Part shown: one piece after another, positions 29,393 through 44,640 of the stretch | How positions within the stretch are numbered: the first letter of the stretch is position 1 | Layout of the letters: the number at the start of each line of letters is the position of its first letter | From: the human T2T-CHM13v2.0 reference genome, Homo sapiens | DNA length: 64,000 nucleotides | Reading direction: 5' to 3' (one strand) | NCBI RefSeq assembly: GCF_009914755.1 | Contig: NC_060935.1 | The notes under the pieces: model-generated | Databases searched by the model: none | Told to the model about the DNA's origin: nothing | The model's input: the letters and a program-made list of their open reading frames with translations, nothing else | Program-made: the position numbers and the translations under genes

Positions 29393-30439
29393 CTGGAACA
29401 TAATACAAAGAGTTGTCTCTTAAGGCCCCTACAAAGTTTAATTAATCTATTACCACTCAGCCTTCTCTTGTTGGGCAATCATATACTTGTCATAATTTGT
29501 TTGCTTGTTCATTCATTCATTCATTCATTCATTCATTATTCATCCATTCATTCGCCAAATATTTACCAAACACTAAATTGGGCCATACGCTTTGCTGAAT
29601 ACATTAACAAACTTTCTTCTAATCCTAATTAAGCCCTTTGATTATAAAGTAAGATTATCTCCTCTTTTTAATGAGAAAAACAAGGTTAAGAGAAGTTATG
29701 TGCCTTGCCAAAGGTCCCACAGTTAGTAAGTGACAGATCTTACTAATCCAAATCTGTAATCACTAGACTCTATGCACTTTTGACTGCCATATGTCACCCG
29801 ACATAATTTAAAAGTTAGAGGTAAATTTTAGCTTTGGAGCTTCCATTTATGTTTAATCAAACCTCATTCTTTTTTTGTTAATCATTTATTTATGGTACCC
29901 ACCATGTTTAGGCACTGAAAGGCATTGGGAAGACAATGAAGAAAAAGCAGAGACATTCCATAACCTCATAGAGCTTACAGTGTCATGGGAAGCCAAGTAG
30001 CAAGTACGTATTTATAAATGTGATAAATATTTTAAAGGAGAAATTTAAGATGCTATGAGACATATAACAGGAGGTCCTAACCTCAGTCTGAATGAGGAAA
30101 TACTTACTTGAGGAAGTAATATTTCAGAAACCTAAGAGCTAAATAGGTCTCATGAAAGTGGGTAGTAGGGATTATGAAGTCTACCAAGGCAGGAAAAAGC
30201 AAGGTGCTTCTGAGAGGATGAAAAACAAGATAAGGTTAGTGAGACGGCCATTAGATCATATAAGTCCACGCTGGCTCTATAAAGGAGTGTGGATTTTATC
30301 CTACGACAAATAGAAAGCAGATTTTTAGCAGGGGGCTGATAGTAATTTTATAAAAATTGTAATGTCGGATACACATAGACATATCAGACAGAGTACATCA
30401 CATAGATGAGAAGACAGGAAAGGAAGGGGAAAGACGAAT

Positions 30440-30952
30440 GTACCAGATTGGTTAATTACTTTCCTAATAACCACTACTCCTCCTTGTTAAAGAACACCAA
30501 TGTTATTCACATTTCTCCAAATGGAATGTTCTTAAGCCACAGCTCCAAGCAATAAGTCGTGATCTGTGTAAACCAATCATGGAGGTCTCATTCCCCTAAC
30601 TCATGACTGTTCGGGCATGTTATATAGGTCTGGATAATGAGATACTGGCTGCTTGGAGTTGAGGAGGGGGACCGGTTTTGGAAAGCACTTTCTTACTTCT
30701 GAAAAGACATTAGTCAGTAACAATCCCTTCTCTACCTCAGGATGTTATATTCTGTATGTGATGACCACAATTGCTGCAGCCATCTCAGGATCATGAAGGC
30801 AATCAGCCCAAGAGGACAAGATAACATGTAAAGTGGCACAGCACAAAGACAGAAGGAACACAGGCCTTGCAAGACGTCATTAAGCCTGTAAATTAATCTA
30901 CCCTAAACAATGCCTCTGGCTTATTTTTATGTGAAATAAAAGCATCCTAATT
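30440..30952 (+). mobile_element. MLT1 (MaLR) LTR within L2
   Basis: aaaccaatcatgg..tgctgcagccatct..aaagacagaaggaac..atgtgaaataaa. Confidence 0.6.
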
Positions 30953-32403
30953 AGTTTACAACATATAGAAAGTTTCTGAATTAGTCCAATAAGAGATGAT
31001 GGTGGCCCAGATAAGGGTCATGGCAGTCGAGATGAGAAGACAGATTTGACAACTATCTTGTAAAAGTGCCAGGACTTGGTAAAAGTTGGGGTGGGGACAG
31101 TGTGGGAGAGGCAAATGTCAAGGATAACCTCAGGTACTGGCTTGGCAACTGGGTAGATGGTAGTGCCAACAGAGAGAGTAAAGTAGATACTGGAAAAAGA
31201 GGTCTGTTTTGGGATTTGGAGTAGGAGCATTGGTGCTGTAATTCAACTGTCAATGAAACATTCAAGTGGAACTATCCAATAGGCAGAGTGGATACCCCAT
31301 GATTCTGAAAAACATCCTTGTTGCTCCTGTCTCCCACGGTGGCAAGACGGGTAACAAGCTGTATTTATTGAATATGGGAATGTATAAGTATTTGGAAACA
31401 AGGGAAGAAAAAAAGGCCACTATGGGAAGTGTTTCTGCCCCTCCTCAGTATAATTATTTCAGTCCTCCTCATTCCCAATGAGAAGTGGACCTAATAATGA
31501 AACTGATTCCACAGGACTGCAAAAAGCTTATACTACCCACTTGAGGTGAGATGAAACCAACAAAGTTCTCTTTCAACATCTGATTTATGCAGGCACCCAT
31601 CTCTTGGGAACCATAGCAGAATCTGGAAACAAAGTAGGCAGCCAGGGAGTTCTTAGGGAGCTATGAGAACTCGACTGCACATTAATATTGATTTACAAAA
31701 TGCATCCTTCTTAGCAAAGCCACTGAGGCATTGCACAGAGCAGATGTGAAACTACCTGGCTGGTCTCCAACACAGCCACCCCAGTCCTCTTTGTAAAGCC
31801 TGCCCCCGGCACTAAGTAATATCTGGTCAGCTCCCTTGGCTTTCAGCCAGACACTAAAGTCAAAGGACAAAGGCTGTGGGAGAGCAGGACCCAGTCCCAC
31901 TCAATCCTGTAGAGATCACCCCAAAGAGCACAGCAGGAATCTCTCAACCCTACTAGGTGCTGGAATGCAATTTTCAATTGACTGTTTCCCCTGACCTGCT
32001 CCTTTGTCTCTCCAACTCAGTAAGAGTTTTTACCTCATATAATGTAAAAGTACAGGCTTTGGAGTCAGTAGACCAGAGTTCTAATCCTGGATCAGCCATT
32101 TACTAGCTGTGGAACCTCAGCCAAGGCAAACTACTTCTTGGAGCCTCAGTTTTCCCATCTGCCCAATGGCAACAACACAAAAGGGACGACAATACCTATC
32201 TCACTAGGTAGATGTCAAGAAAGCTTTACATGTCAAGAAACTTTTGGGTCCCTTCATTATCCTGGCTGTACTCAATTTGCCAATATCACTCTAACAGTTT
32301 GGAGTAGATTGGGGGTAGTTGTGCCAGAGCAGGGCAAATCCTTCCCCACTTCCTCCCCACCCTAGCTGATGTGCTGGCCACTCCAGGATGCATTTACTCT
32401 CAC

Positions 32404-32588
32404 CAGAAAAGCCTGGTCCAGGATATGTCCAGGAAGGTCCACCTGATTTTCCCGCCGAGACTCTTTCTTCCCCTTGAACTCAAAAGAAGTCGCCTTCAGG
32501 CTTTCCCGACGTTCAGCTTGTGCTCCAACCAAACCCTTGGGCTTCTTCTTGAGGTTACCTTTCTGAACCACTAACCAGTGTCCTTGGC
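32404..32588 (-). CDS. XRRA1: XRRA1 exon 4 (GQGHWLVVQKG...ILDQAFL)
   Basis: ttttctcaacag| ... CTG|GTGAGA; 185 nt, phase 1 to 0, frame consistent with neighbours. Confidence 0.93.
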
Positions 32589-34044
32589 CTGTTGAGAAAA
32601 TTAGAACAGTGAAAAGGGGAAAACTCCAAAGCTACAACGAGTGCAGTTATAGACTTTGTTTATAATACTAAAACCAAAAATAGCTCCTGATTATCTAACA
32701 TGCACCAGATACAATACTGCAGCTGGGGGTAGGGGAGATATCTACCTATCTATGTCATTTAATTGGCCTCCAAACCCAGTGAAAAACATGTCACTGTCAT
32801 GATTTTATACATGAAAAGGCTGCGACAAAAGGAGGTGGAATGACTTGCCGAATTCCTTCCTTCACATTTTTATCTCCAAATTCTATTATTCCTTCAAAAA
32901 CTAAGATCAAGTATTTCCTGTTCTGTGAAGTCTTCCCTTTTGCCCCTCAGTAGAGCTGATCCCTCTTTCTCATGCATGCCAGTTACTCTCCTATTGGTCA
33001 TCTCTTGAGTAAAGCCCAATGTGTGACCTCAACTCAATAGGTTCCATCTTCCCAGACCTCTATCAGTATACAGAAAAGATGGTGTTAGAAACTTGGAATA
33101 AGAAAATGTAGGACAGATGGCATTAAAAAAAAAAAACCTAATAATACATGTCTACTGTAGAAAGAATTTTAAAATGTGTATAAGCAAAAAGAATATGAGG
33201 TTTACTAGTAAGCTCACCAAACAAAAATCATAACGTATTTTGGAATCTGTTCTTTCTCGCACCAGCAGTTTACTTGCTGTGTGGTATTCATTGCAATCTG
33301 TAATTATTTTATTTGTTCACTTATTCATTGTCTGTCTCCCTCTCTAGAGTGGAAGCTCCGTAAGAGCAGGGACTTTATCTGACTCATTCATCTCAGTATT
33401 CCCAAGGCCTGCACAGAGCTCACCGCATTGTGACTGTTGCTGAACAAATGACTGAATGAACCCTGTCTTATAGCCCCTGCCCACACAGTCATCCATTCCT
33501 ATCTTTTCTGAGCATCTACTTTATGCTGGGAACTGGGAGTATGAGAATGAATAAAAAGGAAGCCCTAACTCAAAGGAGTCATAATAATATAACATCTTAT
33601 ATTATATACAATAGTATAATAATAATATAAGGGGTGCTGTGGGAACCAGCTTTGTGCCTCTAACCACTGGCTGTCTTCTGGAAAAGCCCACTATCTCTGC
33701 CTTGGGGGCTTGCCCTGGCTCACAGACCACTGCTGACAATCCTGCTTCTTGGATGCAGTTCCTGCCCTATGTCTCATATGAGTCATTTCCCATTTCCATT
33801 ATGGGCCTGATACTCCAGTTACCCCATTTCCCAGGGCTGCCCCCATCTGGGGCATGAACTTTGCTTCTACTTTATCCTATCTTCATATCCCTGACTCCTG
33901 GGGACCTCAGTCTGAGTTGGTGCCAAAACCCCCAACAAGGTCAGAAAGGAAGGTTCAGAGTGTGTCAGGAGATCAACGGGAGAGAAAAGAGACTATGCAA
34001 ATATCCTGTTTCTCATCATACTTTTACCCACTTATTCTAGTATC

Positions 34045-34471
34045 TGTGATGGTTAATTTTATCCATCAACTTTGCTAAAGCTATAATATGCAGTTATTCA
34101 ATCAAACACTAATCTAGGTGTTGCTGTGATGGTATTTTGTAGATGTAATTAGTATTTACAATAAGTTGATGTTAAGTAAAAGAGATTATCCTTGATAATG
34201 TGAGTGCCCTCACCCAATGAATTGAAAGACATTAAGAGCAAAACAGGTTTCCTAGAGGAAGAGGAAATTTTGCTTTAACACTACAGCTTCAGCTCCTCCC
34301 CAGGGGTTTCCAGCTTGCCAGCCTGCCCTACGAATTTTGGACTTGCCATCCCCCACAATCACACAAAGTCAATTCCTTGAAAAAAAAAATCTGTCTACCC
34401 ACCTACCTACCTATCTCCTACTAGTCCTGTTTATCTACTACCAGTTCTGTTTCTCTGAAGAACTCTAATGC
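34045..34471 (+). mobile_element. MLT2 (MLT2D-like) ERV-L solo LTR
   Basis: tgtgatggttaattttat..atcaaacactaatctaggtgttgctgtg..gagattatccttgataatgtg..ttctgtttctctgaagaac. Confidence 0.8.
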
Positions 34472-34588
34472 AACATCCTATAATGGTTCTTACCTACAAA
34501 AATTATTACTGTAGTGTTTGAATAGTGACTTTCTATTTCCCTCATTCCTTCTACATTTTCTAGTTGGAATTCTACTATAAGAAAGAGC

Positions 34589-34921
<333 letters not shown>

Positions 34922-35335
34922 TCAAATATTTATATTAGTAGACTCATTTATTATTCCATGGTTTACAACCCAATTCCGCCATTATTTATTTCATTGCTCA
35001 AACTGTCCCAGCTTTGGTGATTGGGAGCACCTTCAAGTCAGCTGCGTCCTTTCAACATGCCCTCATTATTTTCCTGAGCACTTCTTTACTTCTGGCACCA
35101 TAAGATACTCCAACTCAACTTGTATTTTTTCTGCCCTAGTCCTGCAAACAACTATTTCTCCAAGAAGCCCATGTTCTTTTCACTGGAGAATGGTATTTAG
35201 AAAGCAAGATGTAGATACTAGGTATGCTTTTTGCTGCTGAGGTGTCATTGCTGTCAGTGGACTGGTAAATATACATATGTACACTAAAACATATAGATAT
35301 ATACAACTATATTTATTTCTGTAGCTATCCATCTA

Positions 35336-35432
35336 TGTGTGTCTGTGTGTGAGAGAGTGACATAGAGAGAGAGAGAGAGAGAGCGAGAGCAAGAGAGAGA
35401 GAGAGCGAGAGCAAGAGAGAGACAAAGAGAGA
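35336..35432. repeat. Imperfect (GT)/(GA)n purine-rich repeat
   Basis: Seen directly. Confidence 0.9.
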
Positions 35433-36304
35433 AACTATGAGCTCACACTGATAGCTCCATCTGAAGGTGTCTGATAGGTAGGTGGCCAGGGAAAGTCTCT
35501 GTGTGAAAAACAAAATCACTCTAGAGAAGCAGAGAGGACAGGCAGGAAGAGAAGTTTCTTCCAATATTCCATATACAGAGTGACCAACAAGTTACAACAT
35601 CTGGAGTAAACAAGGTTTACTTCTCCTTTGCCCTACCCTTTCAAAGCAACAAAGCCAATCCAGAGAACCAATACTTAGTGTTTCACCTATAGGGCTCTTA
35701 TTATGACAATTCCCTGCTCCAGGGAAGTTTTTAACTAGATAAATATTTGAAAATCTACCTGGCAGAGTCGAATTTAAGCCATTTTATTTAGGAGTTTGGC
35801 AGACCATGATCACTCATCAAATAAGAAATACAGACAGGAAGACAGCTCACGAGAGGATGGGCCCTGAGGACTAGGGTAGTCAGACATGCTTTACTGGAAG
35901 AAGTAGAAGAAGAGCTGGGATTTGTGGAATGGGAAGAGTTTGGCTAACAAGAATGAGGGCTGGAACATTCAGGGCAAATAAAAAAGCTATGTGAAAAGCA
36001 AGCACCGTGGAACAGAGCATAAATAAAGAAATGGGTTATCACAGAGGATAAGAGCAGGTTAAACTCAGAATGACACAGAATGCCAGTTAAAGGAGTTAGC
36101 AATGAGAAGTCACTGAACAGAAGGGGCACTGTGGTTAAATATGCACTTTAGAAGTCCCATGGAGGCTACTAGGACTGGAGGGGGAAGGATTAGGTAGAGC
36201 AGGGAACAGTAGTGAAGGGGTTGGAGAAGAACAAGTAGATGTGAGATGGTCTAAAGCACGAGCTAGGTATGAGGAAAAGGTAGCTATTTGAGAAGTCACC
36301 TGAC

Positions 36305-36398
36305 CTTCCTCCGGCACGCGAAGCAGATTTCTGGCTGGGAAGCAGTTGTTCAGGTAAGGCTTCCCATCATCCAGCTTGTAGATTCCTGAGAAGGCCAT
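36305..36398 (-). CDS. XRRA1: XRRA1 exon 3 coding part (MAFSGIYKLDDGKPYLNNCFPARNLLRVPEE); exon starts at 36402
   Basis: Long pyrimidine tract + ctctcag|GGAG ATG G; donor GAAG|GTCAGG; 94 nt, phase 1; recognised XRRA1 N-terminus. Confidence 0.92.
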
Positions 36399-37407
36399 CT
36401 CCCTGAGAGCCAGGCAAGGAAAGCAAGGAAGCAGAAGAGTGAAAAGGCACAGCAGAGCACTCTTACTCCAGTGCAGCTCATGAGCCCACCAGGACCACCA
36501 CACCCGCACACACCCTGCCTCCGACACCCTGGAGGCCCCACTGCCCTTGCTTCAGAAATGGGCTGGCTGTTTACATGAAGAGAGAAACAAGACCCTGGGT
36601 TTTTCAGTTCAAATCAATCCTAACCCAATGGAACCCTAGAAAGAACATGATCCTCCAGCTCAGACTTGGTTTGAATCCTGGCTCTGTCTTTCCTTGCTCT
36701 GTGACTGGGCAAGTTACTCTACTCCTCTGAACTTCAGTTTCCTCACCTGCAAAATGGGGGTTATAATACCTACCTTAAAAGACAAGAGGATCAAGTGAGA
36801 AAGACAGTGTCTAATACATATTAAGTCTGTGCTAGATGTTTTGTTTTAACAGAGTTCAGAGAAGAGGCTCACATTTTAGAGAAAATAGTGTACAAATAAT
36901 GAGACTTGAACTGGATAAATAGTATTTGAGGGATTGAGTTTTCTGATAGAGAGAAGGATAAACATTCCAAACAGCAAGGGCCACAGGAGGGCAGCTGTGC
37001 ACAGTAAAGAAACAATGTGACCCAAGAAGGAGAGGGATGTATGTTTAGTAGTCTTGAACAATAAAGCTGGACAGGAAGGATGGTGCCTGCTCCTGAAGGG
37101 CTTGAGGTACCAGGCTAGGAGCTCAGGCTTCATCTTGTAGGTGACTGAGAGCCATGGATAATTTCTGAGCTGGACAGAGCCATAATCCAAGCTGTACTTT
37201 ACAAAGAGAGATCTGACAAAAATAGCAGTAGGTGAAAGTGGCACCCAGTGGCAACTGGGATTGCAGTTAGGGGAGTATTGCAGCAACCCAGGGATAGCTG
37301 ATGAGAGTTCATGTTAATAAACTAAAGAATTAAAAAAAGAAGGATGGACAGAAAAAAGGAATGAGAAAGGGAGGGACAGTAGAGAAAAAGAGGAGCAAGA
37401 CCAATTA

Positions 37408-37662
<255 letters not shown>

Positions 37663-39041
37663 TCAGAAAAGAAAATAATTTTAGAGAAGTAGGAGAACCG
37701 GGGGGTGGAGAGTGGGAGCTGCCAAGTAAGCCAAGGGAAGAGAAAACTCTATGAAAGAGGCAGGGAAGTCAGGCAAGGTGGGGACCGAAAATAGGCCATG
37801 AGCAAGTAGGAGGTCAGTTTCAGAAGAAGGGTGGAGTTAAAGTCAGACTTTATGTATGAAAGAGTGAATGGAAGGCAAGGCAATACAAAAAGTGAATATA
37901 AGCAAGTTTTTCAAGACGCTTGATTGTGAAAGGGAGAAAAGCAAGACAGCAGTGAGATGGAAGGTAAAATTGCGAGATGGGTGAATATCAGGGCCAGCAC
38001 TGGGGGAAGGTGAGCAAGGTGCCTGAGGAACACGTAGGGGGACATGTGCTCTCTCTCAGAGTTGTGCAAATGCAGTGTTAGCACTTGGCCTCCACCCTAG
38101 TCCCAGCCCTGGCAGACAGAGTCACTACCAAGAATAAATTCTGGAAGCTCACTGCATGGGTTCAGATCCTAGCTATGCCATTTACTAGCTGTGTGGCCTT
38201 GAGCAAGTTACTTGTCTATGCCTTGGCTTTTTCCTCAGTGAAATGTAGACAGTAAGTGCACCTACTTCATAGGGCTGTTTTGATGATTACAGGAGAAAAT
38301 GCCTTAGTATCTGCCACATGGCTAACTCATGCTGCTCATTTTCCATTACTATGCTATTAACAGGATGAGAAAAGCTTCACTACATCTAGACTGAGAGGAA
38401 GGAGACAGCAAGGGAGGAAAGGCTGACAATGCAGGAGAGAGATGGGCAGACCCGCAGAGCCATCCCTGAGAAAGCAGGAAGAAGGGCACCCAGCATCCAG
38501 GGGAGGGGTTCCCTCACTGAGGATGAGGGAGGGCAGGCTCCTTCAGGGACAGTTGTGATGGGAGAGAGACTTCAAATATCCCAAGTGTTCCATTTCCCTA
38601 ACACCTAGAGAATAAAAAGAGCACAAAAGAAATAACCTTCCATCCTCTATCTGCTATGGGGTGGCTCCGAGACTCTTCAATACCAATTTACAGTGAGTCA
38701 GAAATTCTTTAGGGGTGTGTGTGTGCCCATGCATGCACACACATGCAAAAAAGTTGGAAAAAGAATATAGTTCTGACTCTAGGGTATGACTCAGTCTTTT
38801 CTTCATCAAATGATTATTCTCTTCAGAGAGACAGGCATAAAAACGATTCCTCAAAGGCATGGATAGCCCTAATCACAACTGCACTTATCATTTGTCATTC
38901 ACAGATTGTTCACCACAGTCTGATGTCAAACCTTGGAAAAACCTACATTTTACCGAGGACTTGCAAACACAAATGGTTACAGAAGTTGGGCAGGCTATGT
39001 GAGTGAGTGAAGAAAGCTGGAGGCGAGGGGAAGAGAGTAGG

Positions 39042-39044
<3 letters not shown>

Positions 39045-39102
<58 letters not shown>

Positions 39103-39123
39103 CAGAGAGAGAGAGAGAGAGAG
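39045..39123. repeat. Compound (GT)n(GA)n microsatellite
   Basis: Seen directly. Confidence 0.95.
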
Positions 39124-39357
39124 TGCACCTGCTCATAGAGGCAGCAACTAGTCAGCTCTTACCAACTGCTGCCATGCAGAAACCTAAGTCACTGTTGCCA
39201 GATCTTCACTTTTTTTTCAAGGAAAGTCTGCCTTATACGTGAAATCTCCTATTTGAGAGTCAGCAACTAATTTGCCATTTTAGAACAATGTGCAGGCCAA
39301 ACCAAACACCTGAGAATCAGATTCAACTCCAGGCTACATTTCTTTTTTCTGATTCAT

Positions 39358-39616
39358 CTTTTTTTTTTCTTTTGAGACAGTGTCTTACTTTGTCACCTAG
39401 GCTACAGTACAGTGGCACAATCACGGCTCATTGTAGCCTCAACCTCCTGGGCTCAAACAATCCTCCTACCTCAGCCTCCTGAGTAGCTGGGACTATAGGC
39501 ACATGCCACCATGTCTGGCTAATTTTCGTATTTTTTGTAGGCACAGGGTTTCGCCATATTGCCCAGACTGGTCTCAAACTCCTGTGCTCAAGCCATCCAC
39601 CCACCTTGGCCTCCCA
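39358..39616 (-). mobile_element. AluJ
   Basis: Antisense dimer, 5' end missing. Confidence 0.88.
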
Positions 39617-40416
39617 CTGGAAGGCCAGTGGAAATAACTGCTGCTTTTGCTAAGCTGTGAAGTCTTTCATCAGTATTTCTTTCGTGGCCCGACCTCACAA
39701 GATTATTAATGATCATGAAGGGGTACCTTCAATGGACTATGAATTTCCAAGTCTGGAAACACATCTAATTCACTGTCTCTCTTCCACCATTGGGACTTAG
39801 CTCATAGGAAGCACGCAATAGACATGTGAGCCAAGTGAAGGATATGATGGCACTCCTAGGACCAAGACATATATATCTGCTACACACGCACACACACATA
39901 TCCTCAATTAGACTCTAAAACCTTCCTAAGAAAGGGCAATATCAATGGTAGTCATCAATTTATTCCTAACAAAGCACCTAACATAACAGATGTTATGACA
40001 TAACAGATTCCATAAATATTTGTGGAATAAATGAATCAATGTTGGTACCTCCTTTGGTCCAACACAGGGCACTATGAGTTTCCTGATCCCTGATTTTCCC
40101 TGCAAAGGGATGGAGGCTTGTCTTATGTATTCCTACAACACTCCATACTTCGCCTAGTATAGCACTTATGACTTTATTATAATTGTTTGCTCCCCTCATC
40201 AACTTCTCACCTGTTGTGGGGCCTATAATTACCTTATTCACCTGTGTAATCCCAGCATGTAGCATAGAGCCTACGACTCACTAAAAATATGTTGGTAAGA
40301 TTAATGGATAGATGGATGGATGGGGACAAATTTATATTCAGTCAATATGTCTTTCAGGAACTCTCTCTCATGACCAATCACACACATCTGCTAGAGGTAA
40401 ATGAAAGAATGAATGA

Positions 40417-40482
40417 GTAACTTGCTGGCTGGAAAATGTTAGATGTGATGTAATTTGCTGGCTGGAAAATGTTAAATATGAT
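40417..40482. repeat. 33-bp tandem duplication
   Basis: gtaacttgctggctggaaaatgttagatgtgat / gtaatttgctggctggaaaatgttaaatatgat, 3 mismatches. Confidence 0.9.
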
Positions 40483-40551
40483 GGCTGTTGGAGAAGCCTT
40501 CAGTAACTTACAGAATATGGTGACCTGGCTTCAGGTCTCCAGAGTACTTAC

Positions 40552-40619
40552 TTGATCTTTGACTTTGGGAATGGCCCCTTAACTTCCTTTTTTTTTTGTT
40601 TCTTCACTTGTTTCTTTGC
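40552..40619 (-). other. XRRA1: XRRA1 exon 2 (5'UTR, 68 nt)
   Basis: Acceptor ttatcttacag| and consensus donor CAA|GTAAGT; splicing to exon 3 gives ...AAGATCAAGGAGATGGCC. Confidence 0.75.
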
Positions 40620-41461
40620 CTGTAAGATAAATATTATATTCCTTCTTAGCCTGCTATTCAGAGCTCTTGAACTTCCTCATTAATTATATTCTACTGTGAG
40701 CCTTCCACTCCAATATTTGTCTTGCCTTTAGTCCTTGCCCGTAGGACTAAGGATCCAAGAAACAGATAGATACCAATACAGAGATGGAGACAAAGACAAG
40801 ACATAGATGGGAAGGTGGTATAGGAGAATATAATTATGATAGTGGGGTATGGCTGGAGTGCTTAAATCAGACACACGAAGCACAAACCTGAAAGGACGGG
40901 ATCGTTTACATGATTATTTACACAAAATAAATTTCTGCCAGATAAAAATAGGAAAGTCAAAGTTGAAAGATAAGACACAGTCTGGGAAAAGATATTTGCC
41001 ATGCATATAATACAAAAGATGACTCACACTGAAGCCTGTAGGAGGCATGCAGACCTGGATGCTATCGCAGAAATTCTAGTTCCCTATTAGGAATATTAGG
41101 TGAGAAGGTGTAGATCTACAACTAATGGGCCAAGAAGGGCACATAACCCCTGGTTACATTATCTAAGACAAGTAAGATCTTTATATGGTAGAAAAAAAAG
41201 TCAAAGTTCCAGATTTGGAGGCTGACTTCCTGGTTAGCTTTAGTTACCTCTGGTCTCCATCTCAAACTTGATGCAGCTAATGCCAATCTGACTGTAGCGC
41301 TTCCTCCAAAACAAACATCTCTCTTTCTCTCTCTCTCACACACACACACACAGAGTAAGGCATATTTTTGCTTGTTCCATTCCTTTGGCCTATCACATTT
41401 CTGCCCCTCTTCCTTGCCCGGCTACATACAGATTAGCTTTCCTGTATCTCCCTCTCCTTAG

Positions 41462-41776
<315 letters not shown>

Positions 41777-41803
41777 ATCAGGCCCACTTCTTAATGGAGG
41801 CAC

Positions 41804-42173
41804 TAACATGGTTAGGCTTTGTGTCCCCACCCAAATCTCATCTTGAATTGTAATCCCCATAATCCCCATGTGTTGAGAGAGAGACCTAGTAGGAAGTGAT
41901 TGGATCAAGGAGGTGGTCCCCCATGCTGTCCTCACCATAGTGAGTGAGCTCTCACGAGATCTGATGGTTTTATAACTGACAGTTCCTCCTTCACACTCTT
42001 GCCCTCTCTTGCCTGTTGCCATGTAAGACTTGCCTCTTCCCTTTCCGCCATGATTGTAAATTTCCTGAGGCCTCCCCAGCCATGCAGAACCGTGAGTCAA
42101 TTAAACCTCTTTCCTTTATAAATTACCCAGTCTTGAGCAGTTCTTTATAGCAGTGTGAAAATGGACTAATACA
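41804..42173 (+). mobile_element. THE1 (THE1D-like) MaLR solo LTR, complete
   Basis: tgtgtccccacccaaatctcatcttgaattg..gagatctgatggtttt..aattaaacctctttcctttataaattaccc..ggactaataca; 5-bp TSD GGCAC. Confidence 0.9.
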
Positions 42174-42198
42174 GGCACTATACCACACTGTATTATAA

Positions 42199-42570
<372 letters not shown>

Positions 42571-42777
42571 CTGTACTTATCTCTTTATCCTGCATCTCAC
42601 ACAGGACCTGGCCTACTGAAGGAAGAGTCTCAATGATTGTTAATTGAACTAACCCAACCCATGAACAAAATGCCACAGGAGCACTTCATGCAGTGGGTGA
42701 AGAAAGAAGAAGCAAGTATCAGAAATAGTTTCACAGGGTAGGTGACATTAAAGCTGGATCTTGAAAGATGAGAAGTT

Positions 42778-43125
<348 letters not shown>

Positions 43126-43289
43126 TTATTTTAAATAAAAGAAAAATGAGAAGTTGTAAAAGATAAACTGCAACAACAAGCTACAGGGGATCTGACTAGT
43201 GTCCACGGATTGCTTCACAGAGGTAATGAAATATCATCTGATGTTATTGCTATTTAGTGATATTTATTTTCTTTTTAGTAATAATTTAG

Positions 43290-43546
<257 letters not shown>

Positions 43547-43719
43547 GAGATAATTATTTTCACATGAATTTTGGCTTCCCCAAGACAAGTTTTTGTCTGT
43601 TTTATTCAGGGATATATCCCTGGTGACTAGAATAGTGCCTGTTACATAGTAAGAAACTCAAAAATATTTGTTTAATTCTTTAGACGCTTATGGGGGATAT
43701 ATAGGAATTAAAAAACAAT

Positions 43720-44039
43720 ACAACGTAATAGAGCATGGTATAATACAATACTGCTATTTGATAACTCTGTCATGGAGTAGTAGTTCCACCTGAGTAGCAA
43801 CCAGGTCTATCTTGATCCCCTGTATCCGTTAGTACAATATTGGTGCTCAATATACATTTGTGAAAAAAATTAATTAAAATACAACGTAATAGAGCATGGT
43901 ATAATACAATACTGCTATTTGATAACTCTGTCATGGAGTAGTAGTCCACCAGAGTAGCAACCAGGTCTATCTTGATCCCCTGTATCCGTTAGTACAATAT
44001 TGGTGCTCAATATACATTTGTGAAAAAAATAATTAAAAT
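43720..44039. repeat. Tandem duplication, 161 + 159 bp
   Basis: Copies at 43720-43880 and 43881-44039 differ by one substitution and two 1-nt indels. Confidence 0.95.
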
Positions 44040-44461
44040 CTAGAATACTATTACATCCTAAAACCGTAAAAGCAGAGTGTCAGAAGGGATATATATTGGT
44101 TTTGATTTTTTTTAAATGCCGGCTTGAAAACCGAGTTCAGATACATGCTATCTGGCTTTGGGTAGGTTCTTTAGTTTCCTCCTCATCTAACAGGGCTGTT
44201 GTGGGACTCAGTGAGAGAGAGGATGGCTGGAAGTGCACATAGGATACTGCCTGGCAGACTGTAGGCACTCAGTAAACCCGAGTTCTCCGTTAACACGAAA
44301 ACATTACAAACAGCTAAAATGACAGCTGCTTGAGAGAATAATCGGTAAGTGCCACAACCGGGCTAGAAAAGGATGAAGGACAAGCTCCTGCCCACTCCTT
44401 TGGAAACTCCACACCTGGGCCAGAGAAAGACTCGAATTCGAAAACTAAGTTTCAGTCGCAC

Positions 44462-44640
44462 CTGCCTCCGGCGTCGCTTCAGCCTCCGAGGGGTCTGCGG
44501 AGGCGACGTCCCAGTCAGGAGGGATGCGCGCCTGCGAGCCCCCCGGGGATCTCGGAGCCGCTCCACTGCGGTGCCTGCCGCTATCTTCCCCACGCCTTAG
44601 TAACTGCGACGCGACGGCAGACAGTGTAGGCCGCAACCGA
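44462..44640 (-). other. XRRA1: XRRA1 exon 1 (5'UTR; 5' boundary approximate)
   Basis: Lies in the CpG island; minus-strand donor GGAGGCAG|GTGCGA at 44462/44461; no ATG. The TSS cannot be fixed from sequence alone. Confidence 0.7.

Noticed and set aside
43720-44039. CRISPR-like or RNA-gene reading of the direct repeats
   Set aside because: Two adjacent long copies without spacers in primate DNA; a simple tandem duplication.
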